From: Nitrospirales bacterium
GTDB lineage: Bacteria > Nitrospirota > Nitrospiria > Nitrospirales > UBA8639
Assembly: GCA_965203295.1 (NCBI GenBank)
Contig: CBDBCZ010000018.1
Span: 224,001 to 288,000 of the forward strand
Reading direction: 5' to 3'
Length of the DNA: 64,000 nucleotides
Shown here: in pieces, positions 25,860-39,475 of the stretch
How the letters are laid out: every line of letters starts with the position of its first letter
How positions within the stretch are numbered: position 1 is the stretch's first letter
Notes under the pieces: generated by a model
The model's database searches: none
What the model was told of the DNA's origin: nothing
What the model saw: the letters and a program-made list of their open reading frames with translations, nothing else
Translations under genes and position numbers: made by a program

Positions 25860-26782
25860 ATTTCAGGTCTGATTCATGTAAATCCCACAGTCATTAATCC
25901 ATGATTCACAATCCTCTGATGTTATGGTGCAGAATGCACTCAGTATAATTTGTTATAAGTCTTGAATTCCAGAATCTTCAAGTGTTTGCATTTTCTTTTT
26001 AGCTTTAGAGAATGCTTGCTCTATTGGGTTGTAGTCTGGAGAGTATGGAGGAAGCGTTGTCTAAAATGACAACGCTATGAGAATTTTGGCCGTTAAAGGG
26101 CATTAGGTGTGGAAGGAGAAATTCCTGCACAAAGTCATAGAAAGTTACAGAGTCTACAGTTTCTGTGACCAGTTTCAAGTCAAGAAGTCCAACAAATGAC
26201 AAAAACGCTATCACTGAAACCCTTTGTCCGCGAACAAGGAGTCTCTGCTTCTTTGCAGGTTTACCCCGGAGGCTATATCTAGTGGCTGTCTCTGCGATCA
26301 CAGCCACTTTCATCCAGGTATACCAACAATTCAGGCCTATACATTGATACTTCAGCAACAAATTGTGCCCTGAGCACTTCATCTCTTTGAATAGCTGTTA
26401 TTTGTAAGCGTTGATGAGTGAATCCAGAGAGATGAAGAAACTTGCAAATGGCACTAATGGACAGTTCCAGCCCAAGCTGATCTCTCAGTTCACTCTGTAT
26501 CTCACGGAGATAAATTCCTGGCCTATCTAAAACTAGGAATAGAACAAACATTTGGCACACATCGGTAAACTTTCTTGGTAACATATCAGCTGAGTAAGTC
26601 TTCTTGGCAACTGCACCCGTAGTCCAAAAAAGTTTGACAATTCTGGAAACAGTTGATGGATCAATGCATAGATTCTTAGCTATTTCCTTGTAGGAGAGGC
26701 CAAGAGTTTCCCGCTGGTGTACTACACGCCATCGCAAATCCTCACTATAGGCTGTTTGGCGACTAGGCTCACAAGAAGCCAT
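25860..26782 (-). pseudogene. IS630/Tc1-like (DDE_3) transposase, frameshifted
   Basis: AYSEDLRWRVV + HTH, IYLREIQ, LVYLDESG, VVILDNAS, PYSPDYNPIEQAFSK. Confidence 0.85.
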
Positions 26783-29049
26783 CTTTTGAATTACGCCCGC
26801 AAACCTGAACTTTGTTTCGCGGGCCAGACCGCGTTCGGAACATGATTGCGTGACACAGGAAGTTGGGCACATGATGCACTCGTTAAGTAAGAGTTATTGT
26901 AACACTTCCGTTAGTACTTTCCCGTTTAAAAAATTGCAAGAAGTGAGAAATCCGCTGTACACTGGGGTGGTATAGTGAAACAGGAAACTAACTTGCATGG
27001 TGTGGCCTTACTGTTGCAGGCCCACCCCCTAATTTCACAACAGTTTCGGGGCTACCCTTGTCTTTTAAAAGAATCAGTGCCTGAAATGACATCCAGCTGG
27101 TCAGTGGCTTCTTTGGAATGCGTAGATGAATGACAAACTCGAGATCGGTATAGCGCAAGTCCCATGATTCCAGCGACAGACGCCATTTTTGCACTCTATA
27201 ATTTGTAGTCCCATTTTTGCTTCCAAGCAGCAGAGGTCCCAGGACTCCAAATGCTCTGCATCCCTTTCCACCTATCCGGACTCTCGAAAAATTTCATAGA
27301 TTGGGACTCTGGTGAGTTTTCAACGCACGCAGGTTTGCTCCAAAACTACACAGCGACGTGCTCCGCCATTGGCTACATGTAGCTGTTGGCAAAGCCATGA
27401 CATCATCGCATAAGCGTATAGACTAAGTTCCGTATACGTACATCTGCATATGGTTCCAACCTGGTGGCACGTGACAGGGCTAGCTCATATAATATAATTA
27501 TGGTTCTCTACCCATTCAATGTCATCTCCCCCTTCTCTACTGTTACATGCAACCCCAATATATTATTTGCTGTGCCCCGGGCTGTTGCCAGTAATACCAA
27601 GAGAATGTTCTTTCGGTACTCAATATTGCAGCACAACTGAACTAGCTACCACTGGTTTGAATGAAATTAAAGTATGAAACTCTCCACTGGGCCCGGGCCA
27701 ACTTTAAACAAACATTTTGGCATGAGCAGGCCCAATCCCATGCCAGGGGAACAAAAACCAGGGCCAAGACCACGTCACACTGGGAAGAAAACACATGCAT
27801 AATGAGCCTCTGAGCCCAGTGCTGACGTCGACAACTCAAAACTGCCGCACTACCATCACACTAAGTATATAGGTCCAGACAGGCAGAGTTCCGACACAAT
27901 CCTTGGAAGCACTGACCACATTCTCTTCACCATCGACAGCATGTGACACTCCATGCCGGATCGTTCCATATTGAGAAAGAAACAGTGATACTGAAGTCCG
28001 CGAGGGCAGATAATTACAACAGCGTTCAACAAAGATCAAATTTTCAGTTCTCAGTACTATCTACAGTGTCTCGCTGACTAAACTCGGAGAAGGGACAAAC
28101 TTCAAACTGAGTTTGACTTACATACTCCCGGTTGCCCTGCAGCTGTTTCCACCCAAACCTTCGTATCTCTGCAACAACATGCATTAAAGCAACTTTATTA
28201 ATATTGGCTCTAATAGCCACTCCTGTTATGATAGGCTATCAGCCCTACCTCTGCATGTTCCTTTCATTTTGTATAGAAATCATTTCCCGCCAAATTCCAA
28301 CCGGCATAGACTTTTTTACGTTGCAAGCGCATGCGCAGAAGACCAGTTCGTGTTTACGTCTCATGCAGAGGTTTGTTTTGCAGGTCAATGGGAGTTGACT
28401 GTGTGTAAACTGCTGGCCTCTGTTCCTGAAAGCCTAAGCTAATTAAGCATATGAGAGTCACTGCCTAATAACCAACTTACAAACCTCTTTATCTGATGAT
28501 CATATGGATTCGGTAAAGAGTTCTTGACATTAAATGTCTGTGAGGGAGGCGCTTACTCTTTTCAATGTAATGGACTTTAAAGGCTAGTTGTTGCTCTATC
28601 AAGGTTCAGAGGTTGTAGGATTACAGGGAAAGTAATCGACCATCTGGTTGGTTGAAGCAGAAGTTACTAACTTAACGGTGGTGGGAAAAAAGGATTCCTC
28701 AGCAAGGAAATATGTTAGTTTGTCCAATCACAGTGCTGCATTTTAGAGAAAGGATTCTTTAGAGAGGAATATTTTAGCTTGTCCAATCACATTGTAGCTG
28801 TTAAGTAATAATAATATTTTTTTGCCGTATAAAGGTAGCTGTTCGGTCAGATTTTGTCAGTTAGGCTAGGCTGGATCCTGCAGAGTTTTTCAAGTTTTCA
28901 AGTTTTTCTTCAAGTATCTTCAGAACGATTTCAACAATCTTCAATATCTGGTGATCAGGTGAAGAGTGTTTACAACAATGTAAGTCAGTGCATGGCCAGT
29001 CCTTTATTTTTTTTTGTTGTTTTTTTTGCATTTTTTTTGGTGTTTGTAT

Positions 29050-31080
29050 TTTTTCAGGAAGATGAGAGACTGAGAGAATTCATCGAGAGGGGGTGTGGCT
29101 GCACTCTCTCCAAGAATGGTACCTGCTCCAAGAATGGTACCTGCTCAGCCTGGAACACTATCGTACTGTGAGGGCCAACTGTACCGAGCTTAGCTGGGGG
29201 GAGCTAAACATGCCACTCACTGGGCAGTTGATGGCTCTCACAAGTGACCAAGAGAACGGCGGCCACCCTGTAGAGAGAGAGAGGAGTGTTACACGCTACC
29301 TTCACTGTAGCCTCAGGGTATGCCGGAATACTTTCCGCTTCCTGCACAGTGTTGGCCCACATCGTGCCAAGGCCCTCAAGTCACACTACCTCGGCAACGG
29401 TGTGGTGTCTAGCAGGCATGGCAACACTGGACGTGTTCCCCGCAATGCTCTATCGCTAGAGGATGTGTAGCATGCTGTTCATCCTCCACTACGCAGAGGA
29501 AAACGGCATCCTCCTACCTGGGTACAAGAAGGATATGCAGCTCCTTCCATACAGTACCACCAGGCGAAAAGTGTGGCTGGTATATCAGCAGGCAACAGAG
29601 GAGCTATCGCACAAGACGGCAGCCTACTCCACCTTTTGCAAGCTGTGGAAACACCTCCTCCCACATGTAGTCGTTGCCCGTTCTATGACTGATGTCTGCT
29701 TGACCTGCCAACAGAACAGCACAGCAATCATTCGTAGCGCCAATCTGTGTGAGCTGGTGGAGTCTGAGGTGAGACTGGTGGAAGTCCAGTAGTATGATGT
29801 GTTGTTTAGCAAATGTCGGCTTGCTGTTGCAGACTCTTCGAGCAGCAGAGGCACATCTTCGTGCCACCACTGACAGGTCCTACTACAGGACGGCAGTGAA
29901 GGACTCTAAGGACGCTGTACACAAGTTCCACACTGTAGATGACGTGTTCTTCCCCCCTCCTCGCACTGCAGTAGCATCTGGTGTTGGGCTTCAGCGGGTG
30001 TACTACTCCTTTGGCTTTGCTCAGCAGGTGCACTACCCTCACAACACCCTGCAACCGGGGCCCATCGATTTCAAAACCCCGAGGAAGTGTGCCGTGTTTG
30101 GTGTGTGTTGTGAGGCTATTCCCCGGCAGGTGCATTACCTCATCGATGAAGCCAGTGACACGGGAAAGCATGCCAACACAGTCGTCAGCTTCCTCCACCA
30201 CTTTCTTCACCATCACGGTCTTGGAGAGAGCGAGTTGGCCCTCTATGCAGACAACTGCACAGGACCAAACAAGAACAACACGGTACTCCAGGTAAGGGAG
30301 TAGAAAGAAATTGAATTTTAGACACACTCTAAGGAAACAAAATCAGTACAACTAATTCACGCTTCATACCTTCTATTTTCCCTCTCAGTATCTGGCATGG
30401 AGGGTGGTGGCAGGGCTGCACAAGTCAGTGACCACGTCATTCCTCCTCCTCTTTGGGCACACTAAATTCGCTCCTGACTGGTTCTTTGGCCTTTTCAAGC
30501 AGCGATTTCGCTGCACTTTTGTCAGCAGCTTGCAGGAGATCGCTGACGTAGTAGAGTCCTCGGCTGACGTCAACACAGCACAGCTTGTGGGCACCCAGGA
30601 TGGAGAAGTGATCGTGCCAGTCTATGACTGGACACAATTCCTCGGCGAACATTTCCGGAATGTGCCGAAGATGAAGACTTACCATCACTTCACCTTCAAA
30701 TCGGCCAAGCCAGGGACGGTTTTTCTCCAGCACTACAGCGGTTGAGAAGTGTCCTCCTACCACACTGTCGCTGACCAGAGCTGGACACGTTCTCTCCAGC
30801 TGCCTTCTCGCATAACCCCCGAGGGTCTCCCGGCAAAAAGGGAGTGGTACCTTCATGACCAGATCCTGGAATTCTGTCGCGACAATATGAAGGACCTTGT
30901 CTGTCCCCTTCCAACCGTGCCCAAGCCAGCTGCCGATGCCGATACTGGTGTCACTGAACCACCACCCAAGTAACCAAGGGTCGCAGAGACTGGACCTGCT
31001 GTGGACGAAAGTGACCACAGTGAAAAGAGGCAGCGCCATTGTGGCAAGTCTGGCCACACTCGGCAAACATGCAGTACCTA
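29050..31080 (+). pseudogene. Sola-like DDD transposase with introns, decayed
   Basis: YSFGFAQQVHYP...QPGPIDFKTPRKC.VFGVCCE, ADNCTGPNKNN, GHTKFAPDWFFG, HCGKSGH knuckle; GT-AG introns at ~29769-29832 and ~30292-30388. Confidence 0.65.
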
Positions 31081-31574
31081 GTGTATGTCTGATCAAGCAT
31101 TAAATCAATTTCATTTGTATCTGTAGTAATGATATTGACACTAAGTCAACACAAACTAGCCAAATACAGTTATAATACCAACTCACATCTATGCGGAAGT
31201 ATGCAGGTGCATTTGAAGTAGAAACATCAAACACAAACATGAAATGTAGGTGGCAATAAGGTTGGCAATGTCCACAAAGAATAAAGGAAATACTCTCAGA
31301 ACCGTGTCCATTCTATATCTTCCCTTCTGGGAATGGAAATCACGCAGGGTGCGCCTGTGTGGTATGGAAGAAACATTAAAAATTTGTTGCCAGTTGCAAT
31401 AAAAAATGTGTCATGCAACAAACAAAATGAAGCATCAAAATTTACCACAACTCACATAGCACATGGCAAACATCAAATGTGGCATACAATAAACACAAAC
31501 CAAAACAAAGTGGAAAAAACGTAACCGAAAAATGTTGGCGTGGCACTTGGCAAACATCATACAATAAACACAAA

Positions 31575-34310
31575 CAAGACTCGAACACACGTTGCCGGTC
31601 AGGTAGGGGGGAAAGGGATCACAGACACAACCACCCTGCCTACAAGACTGAAACACAAGTCGCCGGTCAGGGGATGGAAAACTACACACAACCACGCTAC
31701 CTACAGGACTCGAACACAAGTCACCGATGAGGGAGGGAGGGGGTGACATAAACACAACTGCCCTGCCTGCAAGACTCGAACACAAGTCGCCGATCAGGTA
31801 GGGGGGTGACATACATACAACCGCCCTGCTTACAAAACTCGCAAGTCACCAGTCAGGGAGGGGGAGAACTACACACAATCGCCCTGTCTACAACACTCCA
31901 ACACAAGTCGCCAGTCAGGAGCGAGATATGACTACACACAACTGCCCTGCCTACAAAACTCGAACACAAGTCGCCAGTCAGGGAGGGGAAGAACTACACA
32001 CAACTGCCCTGCCTACAAGACTCGAACATAAGTCGCTAGTCAGAGGGTTGGGGAGGGAGAATTACACACAAGTGCCCTGCCTACAAGACTCGAACACAAG
32101 TTGCCGGTCAGAGATGGGGGAAAGGGGTGATATACACACAACCACCCTGCCTACAAGACAAAAGTCGCCGGTCAGGGGATGGAGAACTACACACAACCAT
32201 GCTACCTACAAAACCCGAACACAAGTCACCGACGAGGGAGAAGGGGTGACAAACACAACTGTCCTGCCTATAAGACTCAAGCACAATTTGCCGATCAGGG
32301 TGCAAGGACTCGAACACAAGTCGCCGATCAGGAAGGGGGTGACATACATATAACGGCTCTGCTTACAAAACCCGAACGCAAGTCGCTAGTCAGGGAGGGG
32401 GAGAACTACACACAATCGCCCTGTCTACAACACTCCAACAATTCGCCGGTCAGGGGCGGGGGATGACTACACACAACTGCCCAGCCTACAAGACTCAAAA
32501 ACAAGTGGTTGATCAGGGAGGGGGGAGGGGGTGACATACACACAAGTCCACTACCTACAAGATTTAAACACACGTCGCCGGTCAGGGAGGGAGGAAAGAA
32601 GTGACATTCACACAACCACCCTGCCTACAACACTTAAACACAAGTCGCCGGTCAGGGGATGGAGAAGTACACATAACCACGCTACCTACAAGAATCGAAC
32701 CCAAAAGGGAGGGAGAAGGGGGGACATACACACAACTGCCCGTCCTATAAGACTCAAGCACAAGTCGCCGATCAGGGAGGGGGTGATATACACACAACTG
32801 ACCTGCCTACAAGACTCGAACACAAGTCATCGATCAGGGAGGGGGTGATATACACACAACTGACCTGCCTGCAAAACTCGAACACAAGTCGCCGATCAGG
32901 AAGGGGGTTACATACACACAAACGCCCTGCCTACAAGACTCGAACGCAAGTCACCGGTAAGGGAGAGGGAGAACTACACACAATCGCCCTGCCTACACAC
33001 AACCGACCTGCTTACACGACTTGAACACAAGTCGTCGGTCAGGGGATGAAGAAGTACACATAACCACGCTACCTACAAGACTCGAACACAAGAGGGAGGG
33101 AGGGAGGGAGGGAGGGAGGGAGGGAGGGAGGGAGGGAGAGGGGGGACATACACACAACTGCCCGTCCTATAAGACTCAAGCACAGGTCGCTGATCAGGGA
33201 GGGGGTGATATACACACAACTGCCCTGCCTGCAAGACTCGAACACAAGTCGCCGATCAGGAAGGGGGTGACATACATACAACCGCCCTGCTTACAAAACT
33301 CGAACACAAGTCACTGGTAAGGGAGAGGGAGAACTACACACAATCGCCCTGCCTACAAGACTCAAACACAAGTGGCTCGTCAGGGAGGGGGGCAGGGGTG
33401 ACATACACACAACCGACCTGCTTACACGACTTGAACACAAGTCGCCGGTCAGGGTAGGGGGAGGAGGTTACATACACACAAATGCCCTGCCTACAAAACT
33501 CAAACACAATTTGCTGAACAGGAAGGGTGTAACATACACATAACCGCCCTGCTTACAAGACTCGAACACAAGTTGCTGAACAGGAAGGGGTGACATACAC
33601 ACAACTGCCCTGCCTACAAGACTTGAACACAAGTCGCTAGTCAGAGGGTTGGGGGGAGAATTACACACAAGTGCCCTGCCTACAAAATTGGAACACACGT
33701 CGCCGGTCAGGGAGGGGGGAAAGGGGTGACATACACACAACCACCCTGTCTATAAGACTGAAACACTAATCACTGGTCAGGGGATGGAGAACTACACACA
33801 ACCACGCTACCTACAAGACTCGAACACAAGTCACCGATGAGGGAGGGAGGAGGAGGTGCACACACAACTGCCCGCCTATAAGTCTCAAGCACAAGTCGCC
33901 GATCAGGAAGGGGGTGACATACACACAACCGCCCTGCTTACAAAACACGAACGCAAGTCGCCAGTCAGGGAGGGGGTCAACTACACACAATCGCCCTGTC
34001 TACATGAATACACACAACCGCCCTGCCTACAAGACTCAAACACAACTGGCCGGTCAGGGAGGGGGGAGGGGTGACATACACACAACCAACCTGCTTACAC
34101 GACTCGAACACATGTCGCCGGTCAGGGAAGGGGGAGGGGGTGACATACACACCAACGCCATGCCTACAAGACTCAAACACAATATGCCAAACAAGAAGGG
34201 GGTGACATACACATAACCACCCTGCTTACAAGACTCGAACACAAGTCGCCGGTAAGGGAGGGGGTGACATACACAGGACTGCCCTGCCTACAAGACTCAA
34301 ACACAAGATA
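31575..34310 (+). repeat. second array of the ~57-bp satellite, with an embedded (GGGA)n tract at 33093-33140
   Basis: Same unit and orientation as 14388-18925. Confidence 0.95.
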
Positions 34311-35255
34311 GAAACGCGACATCTGAGTCACTGTTTTCTCAGGATACAGCAAGCCATACATTTTCAAATCTTCTATTTCAGCATCATTGAAACATTTCTC
34401 TTGCAGCGGTGACATGAGTTTGTAGGATGACTTCTATACAGCATCAATGTATTTCTACTGGGCGTGAGTACTGTTGCAATTGCTTTACTAGAAATGTATC
34501 AATTGTCATTTGATCTACTGAGCTGAAGCTGCTGGTGAGTTGCATAGCACTAATTTCAGAATACATTTTTTTGACAAAATCATTGTTAGATTCCGTTTCA
34601 ATGGGACTGTAAAGCAAGAAACTACTTAAACATTTGTGTTTCTGGTTTGCCCCATATTTTTGTGCTCTCCAGTGTTCCATTATAGCACTCAAAAGAGAAA
34701 GTCCAAAATGCAGCAAGTGGTCCATAGCAGATTGTTGCAAAGATGGCAGGGCATGTACATATTAGGAGTACAACGTTCACGTCCATAGAGTTGTTCAAAG
34801 CACTTGCAGAATTGTACAATGAGCTGATGTGCATTACTAATGTCCTGGTGAGTGATGGCAAGCTGACAAAGTAACACACTTACAAAAAGACACCAACAGT
34901 CTGCAGATGGAAATCATGAAAGGAGTACACCGAGTAGATCAGTAACAAATTCTTCCATTCATCAGCAGTGAAAGAACTAAACCCAGACCCTATTTTCCGA
35001 GGAATTCGGCCAATCTTTGCAGGCGGTACTATCGAATCCACTTCACTTTGCCGTTCATCAAAATGAACTGCTTCAAGATTTTGTAAATCCTTTCAAGTGT
35101 TTTGTTACATGCTTTGCAAGCCCAAGAAATAAGTTGTGCATGGGATCTATCACGTGATGACGTATAACATCAATAGGGTAGCCTGGAAAGCTCAGTGTAT
35201 CTTCCTCTGATTTTTCAATCCGCTCGCATTCACTTGCAGTAGATGCATTCTTAGT

Positions 35256-37032
35256 ATTAGTTATTATACGGAAGCGAGTGCCGTATACCAGATATTGGCT
35301 CTGACGTCATACCGTGCCAATATCTGGTATACGGCACGCGCTTCCGTGTAATAACTAATTTGTTGCATGGTAACCGTTTGCTGCTTGACAACCCCTTAGC
35401 AATACCATGGTAACAGTGACGTCAAAGCGTAGCAAAATTTGCAGCAGTACAGTACAGTCGAGTTTGCAGCAGTACAGTATATTGTTGGAGTCACGGTTTG
35501 GTGACACAGTAACTACCGAAAAGGAGCTTTGTGAGCTTTCAAAGGGTTTTGTACCTAGAGCTACTCGAGAAAATACCCTGTGGGCTTTGAATAATTTTCA
35601 GCAATGGAAAGAATGGCGTCAGAGTATGAACTCAGTTGACGTCATCCCCGAGCGTTTGCTGGAAGGAAGAGATTCTGAAGCTCTGAATAAATGGCTCTCC
35701 TTGTATGTGAAGGAAACCCGACGTAAGGATGGGAAGCCGTTCCCTTCCCGAACCATTGACATGTTGCTTTGTGGACTGAAGCGTCACATGAAAGAACTGA
35801 ACCCTGACGCTGTTGATATTCTAAATGAGAAAGACCCGAGATTTGCTGGATTGCGTGGAACACGAGACACTGTATCTAGACAGTTACGTGAAGCTGGTGT
35901 TGGTGCAACTGTGAAGCACACATCTGTATTCTCGGCAGCAGAGGAGGATCAACTGTGGTCTGCAGGTGTGCTGGGCGTAGACTCTCCCAGGGCATTGTTG
36001 AATGCTGTGTTCTTCACAGTTGGAAAAACATTTTGTTTAAGAGGAGGGAGAGAGCATGAGATGCTAAAACTAAAGCAGTTCAAGTTTGGAACGAAAGGGA
36101 GTGCTTGTGCTGAAAGGAAGGTTGATTTTGTGGTGTACACTGAGAATGGTTCGAAGAATCAGTCAGGAAGCTATAAGGATCGTGGTGAAGCCAAGGAGGT
36201 GAAACATTTTGCAAATGAAAGGCTTGGGGAAAGGTGTGCAGTGTACTTGCTCAAACTATACTTTAGCAAACTTCCGATGGATATTGTGGAAAATGGAGAC
36301 GAAAAACTTTACTTTCAACCAAAACAGAAGACACCACCAAATGGCATTGCTTGGTTCAAGAGGCAACACATTGGTCGGAATGTGCTAAATAAAATGGTGT
36401 CTCAAATGTGTGAAAACGCTGGGATTGAAATGAAAACCAATCACAGTCTAAGGGCAACCGGGGCTACCAGGATGTTTGAGGCGGGCGTCCCCGAAAAGTT
36501 GATCCAGCAACGCACTGGGCATTGTAGTTTAGATGCACTGCGCCTGTATGAACGGTCTTCTTCTGAACAGCAAGAGGCTGTTTCGGAAATACTCGGTTCC
36601 ACTAAAAAGGTCAGCTATGAGAGTGTCTTACCATCTCCTCCTGTTCCTGAGCCTCAAGTTGGACCACTCTCTGTGGTTCCTCAAGTTGGAGCACCTGTGC
36701 CTCCTGGAGTTGGTCCACTACCATCTGACAGTGATTCCACTAAACATAGTGGTTTTGTCTTCAGTTCTTGCCATGGTTGTACAATCAACCTCAACATCAA
36801 CCAGCCTAGCTAACTTTTTTTGTATTGCCACTGTTGAGTTTCAAAAAACATTTTTACAAGTAATTGCTTACTTCATGGGCTTCTGGTAAGAGATGAAAGA
36901 TGCTGCGTGAACGCGTACTCTATCTGAGATAAAGTACATGTGTACTTTATCTCAGATAGAGTACGGTTGTGACGTCACACGGTGCCCTATACGAGATATT
37001 GGCATGCCGGCGCCTTTGATTCGCCCACGCAC
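35256..37032 (+). mobile_element. Crypton-type tyrosine-recombinase transposon, apparently intact
   Basis: Interrupts the Tnp2 remnant; long hairpins near both ends; TAT shared at both junctions; single YR ORF inside. Confidence 0.8.
35407..36813 (+). CDS. Crypton tyrosine recombinase (DUF3504 / ZMYM-KCTD1-like)
   Basis: 468 aa open frame; ETRRKDGKPFP, FCLRGGREH, ENGSKN, TNHSLRATGAT, RTGH, LRLY provide the R-K-HxxR-H-Y catalytic set. Confidence 0.92.
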   Translation: MVTVTSKRSKICSSTVQSSLQQYSILLESRFGDTVTTEKELCELSKGFVPRATRENTLWALNNFQQWKEWRQSMNSVDVIPERLLEGRDSEALNKWLSLYVKETRRKDGKPFPSRTIDMLLCGLKRHMKELNPDAVDILNEKDPRFAGLRGTRDTVSRQLREAGVGATVKHTSVFSAAEEDQLWSAGVLGVDSPRALLNAVFFTVGKTFCLRGGREHEMLKLKQFKFGTKGSACAERKVDFVVYTENGSKNQSGSYKDRGEAKEVKHFANERLGERCAVYLLKLYFSKLPMDIVENGDEKLYFQPKQKTPPNGIAWFKRQHIGRNVLNKMVSQMCENAGIEMKTNHSLRATGATRMFEAGVPEKLIQQRTGHCSLDALRLYERSSSEQQEAVSEILGSTKKVSYESVLPSPPVPEPQVGPLSVVPQVGAPVPPGVGPLPSDSDSTKHSGFVFSSCHGCTINLNINQPS

Positions 37033-39475
37033 TATGCTACAAACATCGATACACTTTTCATAGAGTACTTTGAAGTTTCTAGGTTCCCAGTCATCACAAT
37101 CATAACCAGAGAAGTCAGCCTTGCTACCAAAGGAGTCAGTTTTAAATTCATGGAGACACTTTGAACATCCTTTAGTTGCATTCTGTTTCAAAAATCCACA
37201 CTTTTCTCGTAGCTGGTAGATCACACACGCTACATGAAAGAATTGCTCGAACAGTTGTTAATCCAAACATGGAATAGGGATTAGGAAGAGTTACACCACT
37301 GTAAAGCTTCAAAAGATCATTAACTAGTGGTACTAGGTATGTGTTCATTGTTTGTGAAGGTTCTGTCGGTCCTGGTGTCAAGCCAATGAGAATAATATTA
37401 TCAACTTTAAAATGTTCAGATCGAGGAAGGGTTTGAATGACAAGGCAAACATTACCTACAGAATATTGTGTATCATCAAACGGATTGAAGCAATCTATAT
37501 TGAGCATTAAGCAGAGGTTTGCAGGGGAAGCTAAGAATGGTCGTCCAATGATGTACTGAAATTCCTTTCATACTTTCCCATCATATATATCAGCATACGT
37601 ACCATTGAAAATCGAAGTATATATCAGCATACGTACCATTGAAAATCGAAGTGCTGCGCTGTCTCCAATGTTCACACTGTTCTAAGAAACCCTTTCGTAC
37701 TATTAGCTTTTGTATGCCAGATGTAACACTGTGGTAAAGAAATCTTTTCTTAGGAACTAACTGTTTTACTACCAACACGAACCTGCTTCATGAGAGCAGT
37801 GTTGCACTTCAACCGTCTGGAGTGATGAGGGTCGTTAGGAAAAGCAATAAAATCAGTGCTTTGATTTATTTACTCCACCTTCTGTGATGATACAATCAGA
37901 CAGTGCATAAAGAGTATGACACACTGGGCAAACGGCATACTCAGTAACACCATCTTGGTTTCTAGCCACTACCTTCCACACACTGTATAGGGACTTCAGT
38001 AATGACTGAGCAAGTACATTCAGTATAAAACTTCCTTGTGATACAGTTGCAAGATATGCAATTAATGTTCTTAGAAAAGTCAAGAGTTGTCATAGCCCGT
38101 TCTGAAACTCGGTATGTGAGTTGAAAAAAAATGAAAAACAAGAAACTTCCAAACTGCACATTCCTTACAACTTAATCATCACAAGCACTGCAGTCATCGC
38201 TGTCAAGTCTTCATCATCTAAGCCCTCCCATATTTCTTCAGCAGACTGCACGTTTTCAGCATTACTGCTGCCAAGGCTGCTAATAGAACTGTCTGAGTCA
38301 CTGTTGAGACCATACTCACATCGCATATCCAAACTGAAGCTGTTGCTGGAATTAGCCTACTCTGATTCATCAGCTGCTGAGCCAAAGTCAAAACTGGTAT
38401 CCTCAGATAAAAGACTGTGTTCAAAATCAGAACCTCCCTCACTTGATTCTGACGTTCTTGGACTCATGGTCATTGGAACTTCACGCTCACGGCCAGGACA
38501 TACAGACCTCGTGTGATCAGATCAGACCCCGTGTGATCAGGAATATGAAGAGAATACACGGCATGAGCAAACTCTTCATGGCACGAAGGACACTGCTTTC
38601 TGTTGTGGGCCATCACTGCACTCTTCGCTGTGAAATAAAAAATCAATCTGACAATCATCACGTTTTAGATTTACGGTCGAGCATATTATATAGAATTTCT
38701 ATTATTAGGCCGACACAACAGGACAATTTCCGATGGGAGCGTGGACAGGCATTGCCATTGCAATCTACACTTCAGCAGTATCCTTAGTGGCCCCTGATTT
38801 CCCTGATGCTGGCACACATCGGTGGTACAAGTTCAATTGTCGATCTTTTGCATACCTTCCAGAACTCTCTTGATTCTAAATTGCAGACAGTTTGTGCTAA
38901 ACTTGAAGATATTGATAGTCGGATGCTAAACCTTGAAAGCCGCCAGAGGTCTCTAGAAGATGAAGTACGTGAGTCTGTGTCGTCAAGTACCTCAATTAGT
39001 CCCAGTTCCGAGTCAGATAAGAGAAGAAAACGTGTTACTCCAGCTCAGCTTCAGGTAAAGTTGGTGCACATGGTTAACTTTGTTACGGTTATTCATTTGT
39101 AAAGTAAAATTAATGTTAATGGAATCTTCACCATGTGGTGTTAGTGTAATATATGATTATGAGAATGTGCACAGAGCTGTTATGTAGTGTGTGGTGATTT
39201 TTTCTGTCCCTTTCATTTGCAGAATCGTATTCGTACTGCTTACAACTCCTTCGACCAAGATTCCCAATTCAACTTGGATGAACTGTCAGTTGACCTGTGT
39301 ACTGATCCTTTATTTGTGTATATACATATTAAACTTCAGTATTTATCCCTTCATGTATACGTAGGATCACAAGTGTGCAGAATCAGGAGGTTGTGAAGAA
39401 GATTGTCGAATCAATCGATGGTCATGGCTACTCATTGGATCTAATTAGAATTAGGACTGTTGTCATAGATGTGTG

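Larger units (their letters stand above)
34330..38620 (-). pseudogene. Tnp2/CACTA-like transposase, decayed and split by a Crypton
   Basis: YAVCPVCHTLY, DIYDGKVW, LNIDCFNPF...YSVG...LPRSE..K..NIILIG..PGP.EP, CDLPATRK, GCSKC, DPMHNLFLG, GRIPRKI.SGFSSFTADEWKN, GPLAAFWTFSFE. Confidence 0.8.

Noticed and set aside
26988..27370. Possible additional transposase remnant (GCRAFGVLG)
   Set aside because: Too fragmentary to assign to a family by eye
27601..31318. GAGAATG...CCATTCT as Sola termini
   Set aside because: Match too short and degenerate, and no TSD could be established
35407..36813. Domesticated ZMYM/KCTD1/QRICH1 host gene
   Set aside because: Intronless, retains the catalytic residues and interrupts another transposon, so it is a mobile Crypton
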